A DNA stretch of 64,000 nucleotides, taken from a virus (Duplodnaviria; Heunggongvirae; Uroviricota; Caudoviricetes). Where the stretch lies: the IMG/VR virus record IMGVR_UViG_3300028584_001242; one strand, written 5' to 3'. Made by a program: the position numbers and the translations under genes. Shown in pieces: positions 56,215 to 64,000 of this stretch (position 1 is its first letter; every line of letters starts with the position of its first letter). A model generated the notes under the pieces. The model was not told where the DNA came from. It did not search any database and saw nothing but the letters and a program-made list of their open reading frames with translations.

Positions 56215-57441
56215 TTAAAATACAGCCATGTTATAGACTTCAAGATCTTTGAAGCTAATACCATCATCATCATCTTTATGCAACACTTTCTTAACAATAT
56301 TGCAAAGGTCAGTTAAAACTTCATTATAAACGTAATCAATATCATTGGTAACATATTCTTTATACTCATAGGTATCTATATTTTTTAAATAGATAAATGA
56401 AAAAAACTTATTGTCATCATTAGGCTGGACATACACAGCATCATCCTTTGCATTTGGCATGATGTTGTGGCCTATTTTAATGATTAATGTATCACTAATA
56501 TTAAGCCGATAAAAAGATCTGTCACTTGACTGGCCCTTAAAGAAATCTCGTTTTTTCACAGGCATGAAAGATACAGAAAATTTCGTTTTTTTATGGGTGA
56601 TTAAATTATAAAGAACAATAAGACTAATCAACTGATCAATTTTTGATTTAATTCCATCTTTTTTAACAATATGTTGAGCCATTGAAGATATCATGGTTGT
56701 CAAATTGTTTGGAATGTGAAGATTCGAAAAGGTGTCATTATTTTTAGCATTCAAAGCTTTAAGCACAACATTGACATTCAACTTTAAATCAGTGCAAACC
56801 AAATGAACAAGTTCAAGGGGCTGTAAATAGTTAAAAATCGGATTAACACCTTTTTCGAAAAACATTTCATCTGCAGTCTTTTTAATAAAATCAACAACCT
56901 CTGGTGAGTTTTGGTCTGTTGATTTAAATCCATTATAATTCAAAAAAGAGGGGATAACTTGATGGGTAGCCCTATTAACAATACTATCAATATCATCATA
57001 ACAATCAATCAGGTGTGACTCACTTTTAAATTTTTGATCAGCAACAGTCACATAAAGATGGGAGTTGTTGATAACAATCCTAAAACTAGAAAGACCACTA
57101 CCAATAATAGAGAATTCAATCTCTTCTGGTTTTATTTTTACCTTATGCAATGCATGTGGGATTATCATTTCTTCTGGATCAATGTTTGAAATTAATGTCC
57201 GAGTATTTTCAATATTTTGAAGAGTCTCTGGTGAGAGTTTTAGAAAGTCATAGATCACCCTAACATCTTTATGAGCAAGTAAATAAAGACTGACTGGGCC
57301 AATATGCGAATAATTAAATTGATTGTCACTCTCCAACTTAACATTGCGGTTTAAAAATATGTCCAATGGTGCCAAGTTTAAAAGTTCAGCCGACTGTAAG
57401 ACTAGTTTTTTTAAGTCACCTGCGAGTGTATCAATGTCCAA
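56215..57441 (-). CDS. hypothetical protein, about 408 aa, probable TTG start, very AT-rich; tandem paralog
   Basis: No in-frame ATG near the 5' end. AGAGGAT plus 7 nt then TTG (LDIDTLAG...). C-terminus DIDYVYNEVLTDLCNIV...VYNMAVF. Confidence 0.5.
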   Translation of the reverse strand: MDIDTLAGDLKKLVLQSAELLNLAPLDIFLNRNVKLESDNQFNYSHIGPVSLYLLAHKDVRVIYDFLKLSPETLQNIENTRTLISNIDPEEMIIPHALHKVKIKPEEIEFSIIGSGLSSFRIVINNSHLYVTVADQKFKSESHLIDCYDDIDSIVNRATHQVIPSFLNYNGFKSTDQNSPEVVDFIKKTADEMFFEKGVNPIFNYLQPLELVHLVCTDLKLNVNVVLKALNAKNNDTFSNLHIPNNLTTMISSMAQHIVKKDGIKSKIDQLISLIVLYNLITHKKTKFSVSFMPVKKRDFFKGQSSDRSFYRLNISDTLIIKIGHNIMPNAKDDAVYVQPNDDNKFFSFIYLKNIDTYEYKEYVTNDIDYVYNEVLTDLCNIVKKVLHKDDDDGISFKDLEVYNMAVF

Positions 57442-57559
57442 AAAAAAATCCTCTAAATGTTTGGGGCATGATATCACAAATTCAAAATAAATGACAGGTC
57501 TATTTTAATACAGGAACAAAAAAAAGGGCCGAAGCCCTTTTCTATGTAGTTCGCAATTA

Positions 57560-57913
57560 TTACTGAATGCCTGTCCAGCGAATGGTCTTGCCTTCAAGTT
57601 CAAACACATTGCCGCGAGCAAAGTTTTTGGCTGGGCCAAGGCGACCAGCAGACTTCAACAAATCACCAAATGCAAACTTTTTGTTATCACGTTCAATGCA
57701 AATCCACCCGGCACAGCTCCCACTTTTGCTTTTGCCATCGGTATGAATAAGGCGAATGTATTTTTGGCGGAATTCAAACTCAACATTATAACCAAGTGTG
57801 AAACCATCACGGTTGTAATCATTCACCATCATTTGGCGAAGAGTTTCAAGAGCATTGGTCAGATCTTCGGTAGTACGTTCGGTGTTTGCAACAGCTACTT
57901 GTGAAGTGGTCAT
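57560..57913 (-). CDS. hypothetical protein, about 117 aa
   Basis: Start MTTSQVAVA. GGAG RBS. TCGTTGTTATAAT promoter. Confidence 0.5.
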   Translation of the reverse strand: MTTSQVAVANTERTTEDLTNALETLRQMMVNDYNRDGFTLGYNVEFEFRQKYIRLIHTDGKSKSGSCAGWICIERDNKKFAFGDLLKSAGRLGPAKNFARGNVFELEGKTIRWTGIQ

Positions 57914-58111
57914 CTTGTGAAGCTCCGTCTCTGTTTGTGTGGGGTAATTATAACAACGAAACACCTCAATGACAACACTTTATTCAATCATTTTTAAGTT
58001 TTTTCAAAAAACGCTACGAATAAATATTGATCCTTAATTATCTCACAAAATTCAAAGCTTGTAAATCCACCAGAATAGGGTTTTAGTTATTTTTGATGAA
58101 AAAAGAGTAAT

Positions 58112-58144
58112 AAAAAACCCTAATGGCTCTCACCAAAAGGGTTT
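58112..58144. terminator. bidirectional terminator AAACCC-N18-GGGTTT with flanking A and T runs
   Basis: It ends candidate RNA N3 on the minus strand. Confidence 0.5.
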
Positions 58145-58433
58145 ATGTTTTTTTAGAATTAATGAAATTGCATTAAAGAAAACTTCATTGAAGGATTTCT
58201 CTAATACAATCTGATCAAGTCAGATTGCAGAGCAGTCGCTACCTAACTCAAGTGCCGAAGTCTTGCGATCCTTTCTGCTAAGAAAGTTAACGGCGTTTTC
58301 CCCTTGCAGTCCCCAATGGTCGAGGCCAATCCCATCAGAATGAGTGTCCGCACAAAGACCTCCCAATGCTCCCAATGTCAAAAATATGACAACAGTTGTG
58401 CCTTACGAGAACATAAATGGATCTCGTATCGGA
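58145..58433 (-). ncRNA. candidate small RNA N3 (about 320 nt including terminator, GC-rich island)
   Basis: Between the perfect consensus promoter and the terminator. The longest ORF has no SD. Contains GCAUCCGAUAC, CAUUGGGAGCAUUGGGAGG, and hairpin CAAUCUGA-ucaag-UCAGAUUG. Confidence 0.45.
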
Positions 58434-58440
58434 TGCCACA

Positions 58441-58469
58441 ATTATACGACAAAATGAGAAAGGTGTCAA
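58441..58469 (-). promoter_or_regulatory. perfect consensus sigma70 promoter TTGACA-N17-TATAAT
   Basis: The -35 box is at plus 58464-58469 and the -10 box at plus 58441-58446. Confidence 0.65.
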
Positions 58470-58482
58470 AGCTTTTCAACAA

Positions 58483-58506
58483 AAAAGGAGCCGAAGCTCC
58501 TTGATA
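58483..58506 (-). terminator. terminator GGAGC-UUCG-GCUCC plus U6 (minus strand)
   Basis: It ends gene 58528..59016. Confidence 0.6.
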
Positions 58507-58527
58507 ACGAGTGTTTGTTGCTAGATG

Positions 58528-59016
58528 TCAGAGTTTCAATTGAGCCATAACAGCCTTCACGCATTCGTCATGGTGTTCACGAACGGTTTGTTTCGAAGTC
58601 AATGGACGCTTACCAGCATACAGGTCATTCAATTTCTGTTGAAGTGCTGCAATTTGATCTTCGAGATCATCAATGGCTTCTTTATCGTCCGCTTTGAGCT
58701 TGTGATAACCTGCGTCAAAACAGGCATTCACACGGTAAAGAATACTTTCTGGGTGTTTGGTCAGGTTATAGCGAAAAGATCCTGAGTCACCAAGGCAACG
58801 ACCATCGGCTTGACGAAAAATTCGTTGGGCGTCCATGCTTTTATCCGAAACATGGCTATCAAGAGATTGTGTCTTGTCAGTGGTAAACAGATCATCACTG
58901 GCCGAAGTAACGGTTTCTCGCATCAACGAAATAAAACGCTTGGAATGATAAGTGTTGTTCCAAAGATGAAGGTCATTCAAATTAACAACAATATCACCGA
59001 CTTCGAAATTTGGCAT
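58528..59016 (-). CDS. hypothetical protein, about 162 aa
   Basis: Start MPNFEVGD after a GAGGGA RBS. Confidence 0.5.
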   Translation of the reverse strand: MPNFEVGDIVVNLNDLHLWNNTYHSKRFISLMRETVTSASDDLFTTDKTQSLDSHVSDKSMDAQRIFRQADGRCLGDSGSFRYNLTKHPESILYRVNACFDAGYHKLKADDKEAIDDLEDQIAALQQKLNDLYAGKRPLTSKQTVREHHDECVKAVMAQLKL

Positions 59017-59087
59017 GTCTGTATCCCTCAATAATTTGAACAAGTATACCATTAAAAATGATATTTATCTATTTTTTTTACTGAAAG

Positions 59088-59537
59088 CTAGAAGTAGTTC
59101 GACAAAGATTCTTCTTTAATTTTCGTCGCAAGACTTTTATTGAACAAGATTTGTTTGCGACCAAACCGAACTTCATCGCGTGGAACTTTATAGGTAACAA
59201 GCTTAACACCTTTTGAATCAAAAGCCCGACGCCAGTAAGGATTGAACAACCAATTGCGGTATTGTTCCAAATTGGCAAATCCACAAAAAAGTTCCTGCCA
59301 GTAGTCAAGTTCAATTCCGAATTCTTGACAAGGGTTCGGATGCACTGATGAATCCTGAAAGTTATTCGTGACTTGGCACCAAAGGGATTCCTCAGTTGTC
59401 GTCATGTTCAAACAAAACGCTGATGAGTTCTTGGGGTTGCTCTTATAGATACCACACCCATCAACAGTTTCCAAACGAAGAACTTCAACGCTTGGTGGTT
59501 CTGGAAGTGTAAACTTCGGTTTAGTCTTCTTAGCCAT
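59088..59537 (-). CDS. hypothetical protein, 149 aa
   Basis: Listed ORF. Weak RBS. Confidence 0.45.
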   Translation of the reverse strand: MAKKTKPKFTLPEPPSVEVLRLETVDGCGIYKSNPKNSSAFCLNMTTTEESLWCQVTNNFQDSSVHPNPCQEFGIELDYWQELFCGFANLEQYRNWLFNPYWRRAFDSKGVKLVTYKVPRDEVRFGRKQILFNKSLATKIKEESLSNYF

Positions 59538-59559
59538 GTTTGATAATCACTACTGAGGT

Positions 59560-59814
59560 TTAGTAAGGTGCTTTGATGGCCGCATGTTTGCTATATTCAT
59601 TAGCATAATGAGCAGCCAATTTAATCATAGCGTCAGCTTCACTGGAACAAGCTACGATTTCATCTTCAATATCAATAGAAGGAGTGAGGCAAGTATCACC
59701 GAGTTCTTCGCTATCCTGCCAAGCAGTGTCAATCACCGTGAGATCATAAAATTTTGCAATCTGCAGAAACCATTTACCATCATTGTTACGATAGATTTGA
59801 GCGAAACGAATCAT
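59560..59814 (-). CDS. hypothetical protein, 84 aa
   Basis: AAGGAA RBS. Confidence 0.45.
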   Translation of the reverse strand: MIRFAQIYRNNDGKWFLQIAKFYDLTVIDTAWQDSEELGDTCLTPSIDIEDEIVACSSEADAMIKLAAHYANEYSKHAAIKAPY

Positions 59815-59962
59815 GTGTATATTCCTTTTCTTTGTTTATGGTGCCAATTATACACAAAAATAAGATTTTAGACAACTCTTTTCTAGACTGTCAAAATAAA
59901 AAAGACAATTTTTAGAAATAAAAAGCCCCACATCTGTGAGGCTCATTTTAAAGCATTTTGGA

Positions 59963-60409
59963 TCAAGTGATTACATAATCACCTTTGACCTTGAAAGCCG
60001 TCTCAATCGGCTCAAAAGCGGCCTTCTTTTCGATGACAACAGCTTCTGGCACGTTGTGGGTGTTGGCGAAATCGTTTTCCATTTCGAAAATTCGAATATC
60101 AATACCCAGTTCTTTGGCGAAAGAAACCAGCGAATCCATTTCAACCACTTTGGTAAAAGTGTTACTCACTACTACCGAATCACCATCCAGCAAAGCTTGA
60201 ACCGCTTTCTTGACACACTCGTCTTTGGCAACCTGATGGAAAGCGAAGTCGAATTTGTAAACGCCATCTTGACCAACAAAGAAACTATCGTTTTCAAAAT
60301 GCTTGTAGCCGAAAGGAACAAAAGAACCCGCGAAAGTGGATTTGCCACTGCCCGAGTGACCACGTACCAAAACCAGTTCTTGATTGGTTGCTACTTTGAT
60401 AGTTTGCAT
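59963..60409 (-). CDS. P-loop NTPase, polynucleotide 5'-kinase-like (kinase-only module), 148 aa
   Basis: Walker A motif VRGHSGSGKSTFA followed by ENDSFFVGQDG, which resembles the T4 Pnk kinase-domain N-terminus as recalled from memory. No phosphatase domain. Confidence 0.6.
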   Translation of the reverse strand: MQTIKVATNQELVLVRGHSGSGKSTFAGSFVPFGYKHFENDSFFVGQDGVYKFDFAFHQVAKDECVKKAVQALLDGDSVVVSNTFTKVVEMDSLVSFAKELGIDIRIFEMENDFANTHNVPEAVVIEKKAAFEPIETAFKVKGDYVIT

Positions 60410-60435
60410 GATTAAGAGAGCCTTTTCAAAAGTGG

Positions 60436-60918
60436 TTATAGGTCAACTGTTAAGAATTTTACCAACTTTTCGGTCGCAAGTCTAGCAAAATATGCCTGAA
60501 TTGCTGTTCTTTCTTCCAAATGGGTGCATGACATAAAGAAGCTGTGCAATTTGCGATCTTGGCGTGAGTAGATGGCGAAATAAGCATGGACCATTCCTTT
60601 CGAGTTGTCTTTATCCACATAACCCGTGGTCGCAACACCATAATCAGTATCAAAAAGCTCAACAACGCCTTTCGCCATTTCAATGGCTGTTTGTTCACTG
60701 ACGCAATCGCATGTTTCAGCGTTCGCTCGATCAACATTCAAAAACTTGACTTTCATGTCGATGTTGTAGGCAGTAATACCACCTGCGAAATACTTTGAAG
60801 ATCCTGCAACTGCGGACATATGAGCCTGCAGATAGCCACTGGTGAGGCTTTCAGCAACCGAGATGGTTTCACCTCGTTTCAACATAAATTCTTTAATTAC
60901 TGATGCCAATTCTTGCAT
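60436..60918 (-). CDS. CinA C-terminal domain protein / NMN deamidase PncC-like, 160 aa
   Basis: Motifs TISVAESLTSGYLQAHMSAVAGSSKYFAGGITAYNIDMK and AKGV..LF.TDYGVATTG. AGGAG RBS. Confidence 0.8.
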   Translation of the reverse strand: MQELASVIKEFMLKRGETISVAESLTSGYLQAHMSAVAGSSKYFAGGITAYNIDMKVKFLNVDRANAETCDCVSEQTAIEMAKGVVELFDTDYGVATTGYVDKDNSKGMVHAYFAIYSRQDRKLHSFFMSCTHLEERTAIQAYFARLATEKLVKFLTVDL

Positions 60919-60977
60919 TTTATACTCCTAATGTGTTCGACAATTATAGATCAAAATGTTGTTTTCGTCAATGGCGA

Positions 60978-61793
60978 CTACATTTTAATTGCGTCCATAA
61001 GTTGAACCGTAGACCACAAATCAATGCCATCCAGTTGAATATCATCATCATAATATCGGTCAAATTGCTTTTTGAAATTGGAATAAAAGACCCGATGCCT
61101 ATACCGTTCATGAATGAGTTTATAGATATCAGCTTGTGCCTGTTCACCTTCAAAAACAAACGTTTCATTCTCTGGGTGTTGAACTTCTTTTGATTCTTTC
61201 GGTACCGAGAGGTAGAACCTTTGATTCAGCTCGTAAAGCATAATATCAAAGGGCTTATAACGAGTAGGCACTGTAAATTTTGCTTGAACAAAAGAACCTT
61301 CACGGCATACACCCAATTCAAAATTCAAATGCATACTCAGCATTCGTTTACGTTTCTCATGCTCTTGAATGCGAAGAAGCCCATAATGCTTGACTGCAAA
61401 ATCATAGCAAGACTTCATACCTGAAAAAAATGAATCTTTCATCGTCAAATAACTTTTAAACTGATGATCACCTTCCGAAAATATGCAGCATTCAATCCCC
61501 GAGGTAATCAACACATCTAGAACATTTTGAATGTTCGAAAAATCTGTTTTTTGAATGTCTTTGAAAAGCTGAATAGCAGGCAAATAAAGTTCAGTGCGAT
61601 TCAGATAAGCCACAGGGGTGATGGCACTGAATTCATTCTCAAGACAAGGATGACTAACGCGAGTTGAGTTATAGAACATGGTGTCAGCATTAATATTACG
61701 CATACGACGAAGCTCTACCACAGCGGCAGAGCTATTCAAGTCTTCACCAAACGCACGATAGGCTTCCGTAAGTGATTTATGATTTGCAATCAT
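60978..61793 (-). CDS. hypothetical protein, 271 aa
   Basis: Listed ORF. Confidence 0.55.
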   Translation of the reverse strand: MIANHKSLTEAYRAFGEDLNSSAAVVELRRMRNINADTMFYNSTRVSHPCLENEFSAITPVAYLNRTELYLPAIQLFKDIQKTDFSNIQNVLDVLITSGIECCIFSEGDHQFKSYLTMKDSFFSGMKSCYDFAVKHYGLLRIQEHEKRKRMLSMHLNFELGVCREGSFVQAKFTVPTRYKPFDIMLYELNQRFYLSVPKESKEVQHPENETFVFEGEQAQADIYKLIHERYRHRVFYSNFKKQFDRYYDDDIQLDGIDLWSTVQLMDAIKM

Positions 61794-61794
61794 A

Positions 61795-61995
61795 TCAGCT
61801 CAAAGACTCTGGAAGATTCACTAATTCTTTCAATTCTGATGTGAAAACATGATGTTCACGACCATCAACAACAATGAGAGACAAGTGAGTATCAAGGGGT
61901 TGGCGACTTGAAATAGACATGACATTCACATCGAAATTAGCATCCTTGAAATTGTCAGGATCAACGGTTCGTAGAAAATTAGGTTTTAAACGCAT
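61795..61995 (-). CDS. hypothetical protein, 66 aa
   Basis: AGGAG RBS. Confidence 0.4.
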   Translation of the reverse strand: MRLKPNFLRTVDPDNFKDANFDVNVMSISSRQPLDTHLSLIVVDGREHHVFTSELKELVNLPESLS

Positions 61996-62010
61996 AGTAA
62001 AGATTAACTC

Positions 62011-62169
62011 CTATTTTTTAAGTTTGGAACGGAGTTCACTGACCATTGAATTAACCCGAGTCAGATACTCAGGATTTTCCGAAAGCCAAATAGCATGGGC
62101 CGGATCGTTGAGTTGTTCTTGCAAAGATTTCAACAAGGACACGGCTTCAGCATGTGTAGAAATGGGCAT
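62011..62169 (-). CDS. hypothetical protein, 52 aa
   Basis: Hand-translated MPISTHAEAVSLLKSLQEQLNDPAHAIWLSENPEYL... Weak RBS. Confidence 0.3.
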   Translation of the reverse strand: MPISTHAEAVSLLKSLQEQLNDPAHAIWLSENPEYLTRVNSMVSELRSKLKK

Positions 62170-62175
62170 CAATGA

Positions 62176-62292
62176 TTACTCGAAATAATTTTGGCTGAAT
62201 TTGTAGCTACTGTCTTGGACAGGGGTGAGAGCTTTTTTGACCGACTTACAGGTTTTAACAAGACGAACAATCGTTGCGTTAAGATTTTTCAT
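62176..62292 (-). CDS. small basic peptide, about 38 aa (MKNLNATIVRLVKTCKSVKK...); alternative longer ORF to 62394
   Basis: GAGGTG RBS before the internal ATG. Confidence 0.3.
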   Translation of the reverse strand: MKNLNATIVRLVKTCKSVKKALTPVQDSSYKFSQNYFE

Positions 62293-62408
62293 GTTACACC
62301 TCATCGTTGGTTTGTGAGGTATATTATACCAAACAATGCGGAAAGTGTAAAGAAAAAAGCCCAAAACCAAGATGGAATTAGGCTGTAAAAACATCCTTTT
62401 ATCGGATT

Positions 62409-62930
62409 TTAATAGCTTGGTGTAGGAGTCATATCAACCACACGCAATTCTTCCCGATGAACAGCGTTGTAATTGATACGGTCATGCCTCACCCAACCAT
62501 CAGCCATTGGTAGCCCTTTAAAAATAACAGGCACTGCAACAGCGATATAGTGACGTTCCATCCAGAATCCAAGACTAATACGTTCTGCTTGTGCCTTAGC
62601 CTCTTCTGCTGTGGCATACAAACCCACTTGCCCCGCCACAAAGCTATCGGGCTGAATGTGGTTAGGTCGCTCTACGTTCATAAAACGAACAATACACCCT
62701 TCTGGAACAGTGTATCCTTCTGGGATTGTATAAACCGTTTCATCATAATCCGCCGTCCACTCAACTTGAATGCAATCATGCATCAGCCGCCCTTCTTTCA
62801 TGCCATTAATAGCCATATTAATAGACTTTTCTGCTGTCTCATGCAGATGGGGCTGACTAATAGCATAAACATCGCCACCCATATAGGCTGGATGATAGAT
62901 GTGGACAAAGCGGACTGTTTTTTCGGTCAT
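62409..62930 (-). CDS. hypothetical protein, 173 aa
   Basis: GAGG RBS. Confidence 0.55.
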   Translation of the reverse strand: MTEKTVRFVHIYHPAYMGGDVYAISQPHLHETAEKSINMAINGMKEGRLMHDCIQVEWTADYDETVYTIPEGYTVPEGCIVRFMNVERPNHIQPDSFVAGQVGLYATAEEAKAQAERISLGFWMERHYIAVAVPVIFKGLPMADGWVRHDRINYNAVHREELRVVDMTPTPSY

Positions 62931-62980
62931 GGCGAAAACCTCAATTTTGATGAAGCATTATACCACAAAAGCTTCTGGAA

Positions 62981-63388
62981 TTAAAGTCCTTTGACCTTAA
63001 CGACATGACTGTCAAAATAAATTTCTGTGCCAACGAGCGATTGAAGGTTTTCGACCAACTCTGGTGACGAAGATTTCAACAGGGTGATGTGCGGGAAATG
63101 CGGCAAGTCCTCAATAGCCCCTTTGGATTTGAAATGAGCATTCAGCACCGTGCTCCAACCACAATCCGACAACTCAGCAATAACATAAACACCATAAGGG
63201 GTTAAACGTTCAGTGATTTTGGAGATAACTGCCGACTTATAAACAATATCAATGTTGTCAGAGGGCTTGATCGTGGCTGTGGTGTCGAAGCAAGTGGTCA
63301 TGTGGAGTTTACCTTTTTCCACACCAAGATCTTCGAAAAGTTTATTCGAACCGTGAGAGAGATAAGCGGCTGAGTAGGCGAATGCCAT
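62981..63388 (-). CDS. 2H-phosphoesterase superfamily protein (LigT/cyclic-phosphodiesterase or Acb1-like), about 135 aa
   Basis: Two H-x-T-x motifs (LHMTTCF and PHITLL) about 70 aa apart. GAGGAA RBS before MAFAYSAAYL. Confidence 0.55.
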   Translation of the reverse strand: MAFAYSAAYLSHGSNKLFEDLGVEKGKLHMTTCFDTTATIKPSDNIDIVYKSAVISKITERLTPYGVYVIAELSDCGWSTVLNAHFKSKGAIEDLPHFPHITLLKSSSPELVENLQSLVGTEIYFDSHVVKVKGL

Positions 63389-63622
63389 AAATAAATTCCT
63401 CAATACATGTATGGATTAGATTAAAGCTATTATACAACAAATGGAAAAAACTCACAATTGACTTCTCAAATTTTAGGCACAAAAAACCCCTTAGAGCGTC
63501 CAATAAGGGGTAAGGTGTTTGAAGCATAATGGATACACCGTCAATGATTAACATCATCATGATAGGATGTAACGCTGTTGAGACTATGTTAATGCAAACA
63601 ACAAGAATTGTCAACGCATTTT

Positions 63623-63805
63623 TTAATATTCATCACCGAATCGATCACCGCTACGCAAACCAATCCACACAGCCAAGATCAGACAGGCAATCAAAGCCGG
63701 AGCATAGCCCATCACAAAGGCAACAAACAGAGAAACTGCCTGAGCTGTCCACAATGTCCATCCAATACGACGATGTTTTTTGATGTCAGCAGTGTTAGTA
63801 ATCAT
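63623..63805 (-). CDS. small membrane protein, 60 aa
   Basis: GGAG RBS. Two hydrophobic helices. Confidence 0.45.
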   Translation of the reverse strand: MITNTADIKKHRRIGWTLWTAQAVSLFVAFVMGYAPALIACLILAVWIGLRSGDRFGDEY

Positions 63806-63830
63806 CTAAAAATCTCCAAGTTATACTGGA

Positions 63831-64000
63831 TTATGCAAAAGAAAAATATTCATCCTCGCCACGCAACAGGAATATATCGTTATCTAGAACCCGGCCAGCA
63901 ATGAGAATACGACCATCATTGATGAGTTCATAATCAACTGGTTTGACTGTATACTTGCCTGTTTCCGAGAACTTTGACGCTACAGTTTTCTGACGACGAT
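63831..64000 (-). CDS. hypothetical protein, 3'-terminal part (continues beyond the window)
   Basis: Open frame to the window edge, ending ...LLRGEDEYFSFA*. Confidence 0.4.
   Translation of the reverse strand, partial: RRQKTVASKFSETGKYTVKPVDYELINDGRILIAGRVLDNDIFLLRGEDEYFSFA

Noticed and set aside
58304-58504. Plus-strand 66-aa ORF inside the GC-rich island
   Set aside because: No Shine-Dalgarno sequence. It runs through the minus-strand terminator and consensus promoter. The region is better explained as minus-strand ncRNA N3.
1-64000. CRISPR arrays, integrase or att sites, and structural or replication hallmark genes
   Set aside because: No regularly spaced direct repeats were seen. No tyrosine or serine recombinase, capsid, terminase or polymerase signatures were recognised in any frame.

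Overview
AT-rich (~35% GC) window that is almost entirely an accessory region with the architecture of a large virulent phage early region. More than 100 small, mostly minus-strand genes each sit behind their own TGnTATAAT-type sigma70 -10 box and a strong Shine-Dalgarno, and most end in a rho-independent terminator whose loop reads C(UUCG)G on the minus strand. Only the first 1.2 kb looks cellular: the 3' end of a PAS-PAS methyl-accepting chemotaxis protein gene with its own terminator. Recognisable content is T4-like in flavour. It includes a tRNA pair (CAU Ile2/Met-type and Leu-UAA) behind a perfect consensus promoter, a Nudix ADP-ribose pyrophosphatase, two tandem HNH endonuclease paralogs plus a third HNH-like gene, two Rnl1-family RNA ligases, a stand-alone P-loop polynucleotide-kinase-like protein, two 2H-phosphoesterase-like proteins (LigT/Acb1-type), a CinA/PncC deamidase, an oligoribonuclease, a GNAT acetyltransferase, an SPFH lipoprotein, and secreted or lipoproteins. 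Unexplained structure includes: (i) two tRNA-like genes with intact acceptor, D and T arms but a 6-nt anticodon loop; (ii) three paralogous 43-44 aa very basic peptides, each directly behind a repeated promoter-leader module; (iii) three GC-rich non-coding islands with consensus promoters and shared GCAUCCGAU and tandem UUGGGAG motifs; (iv) several paralog families, including a 3-member ~210 aa family, a tandem AT-rich ~410 aa pair with TTG starts, and two 'MGxGKYSPTVS' proteins; (v) genes bracketed by near-identical terminator hairpins, which looks like cassette insertion. No capsid, terminase, polymerase, CRISPR array or integrase was seen, so whether this is phage or prophage, and the host, remain open. 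Coordinates of hand-curated starts and RNA ends are +/-3 nt.
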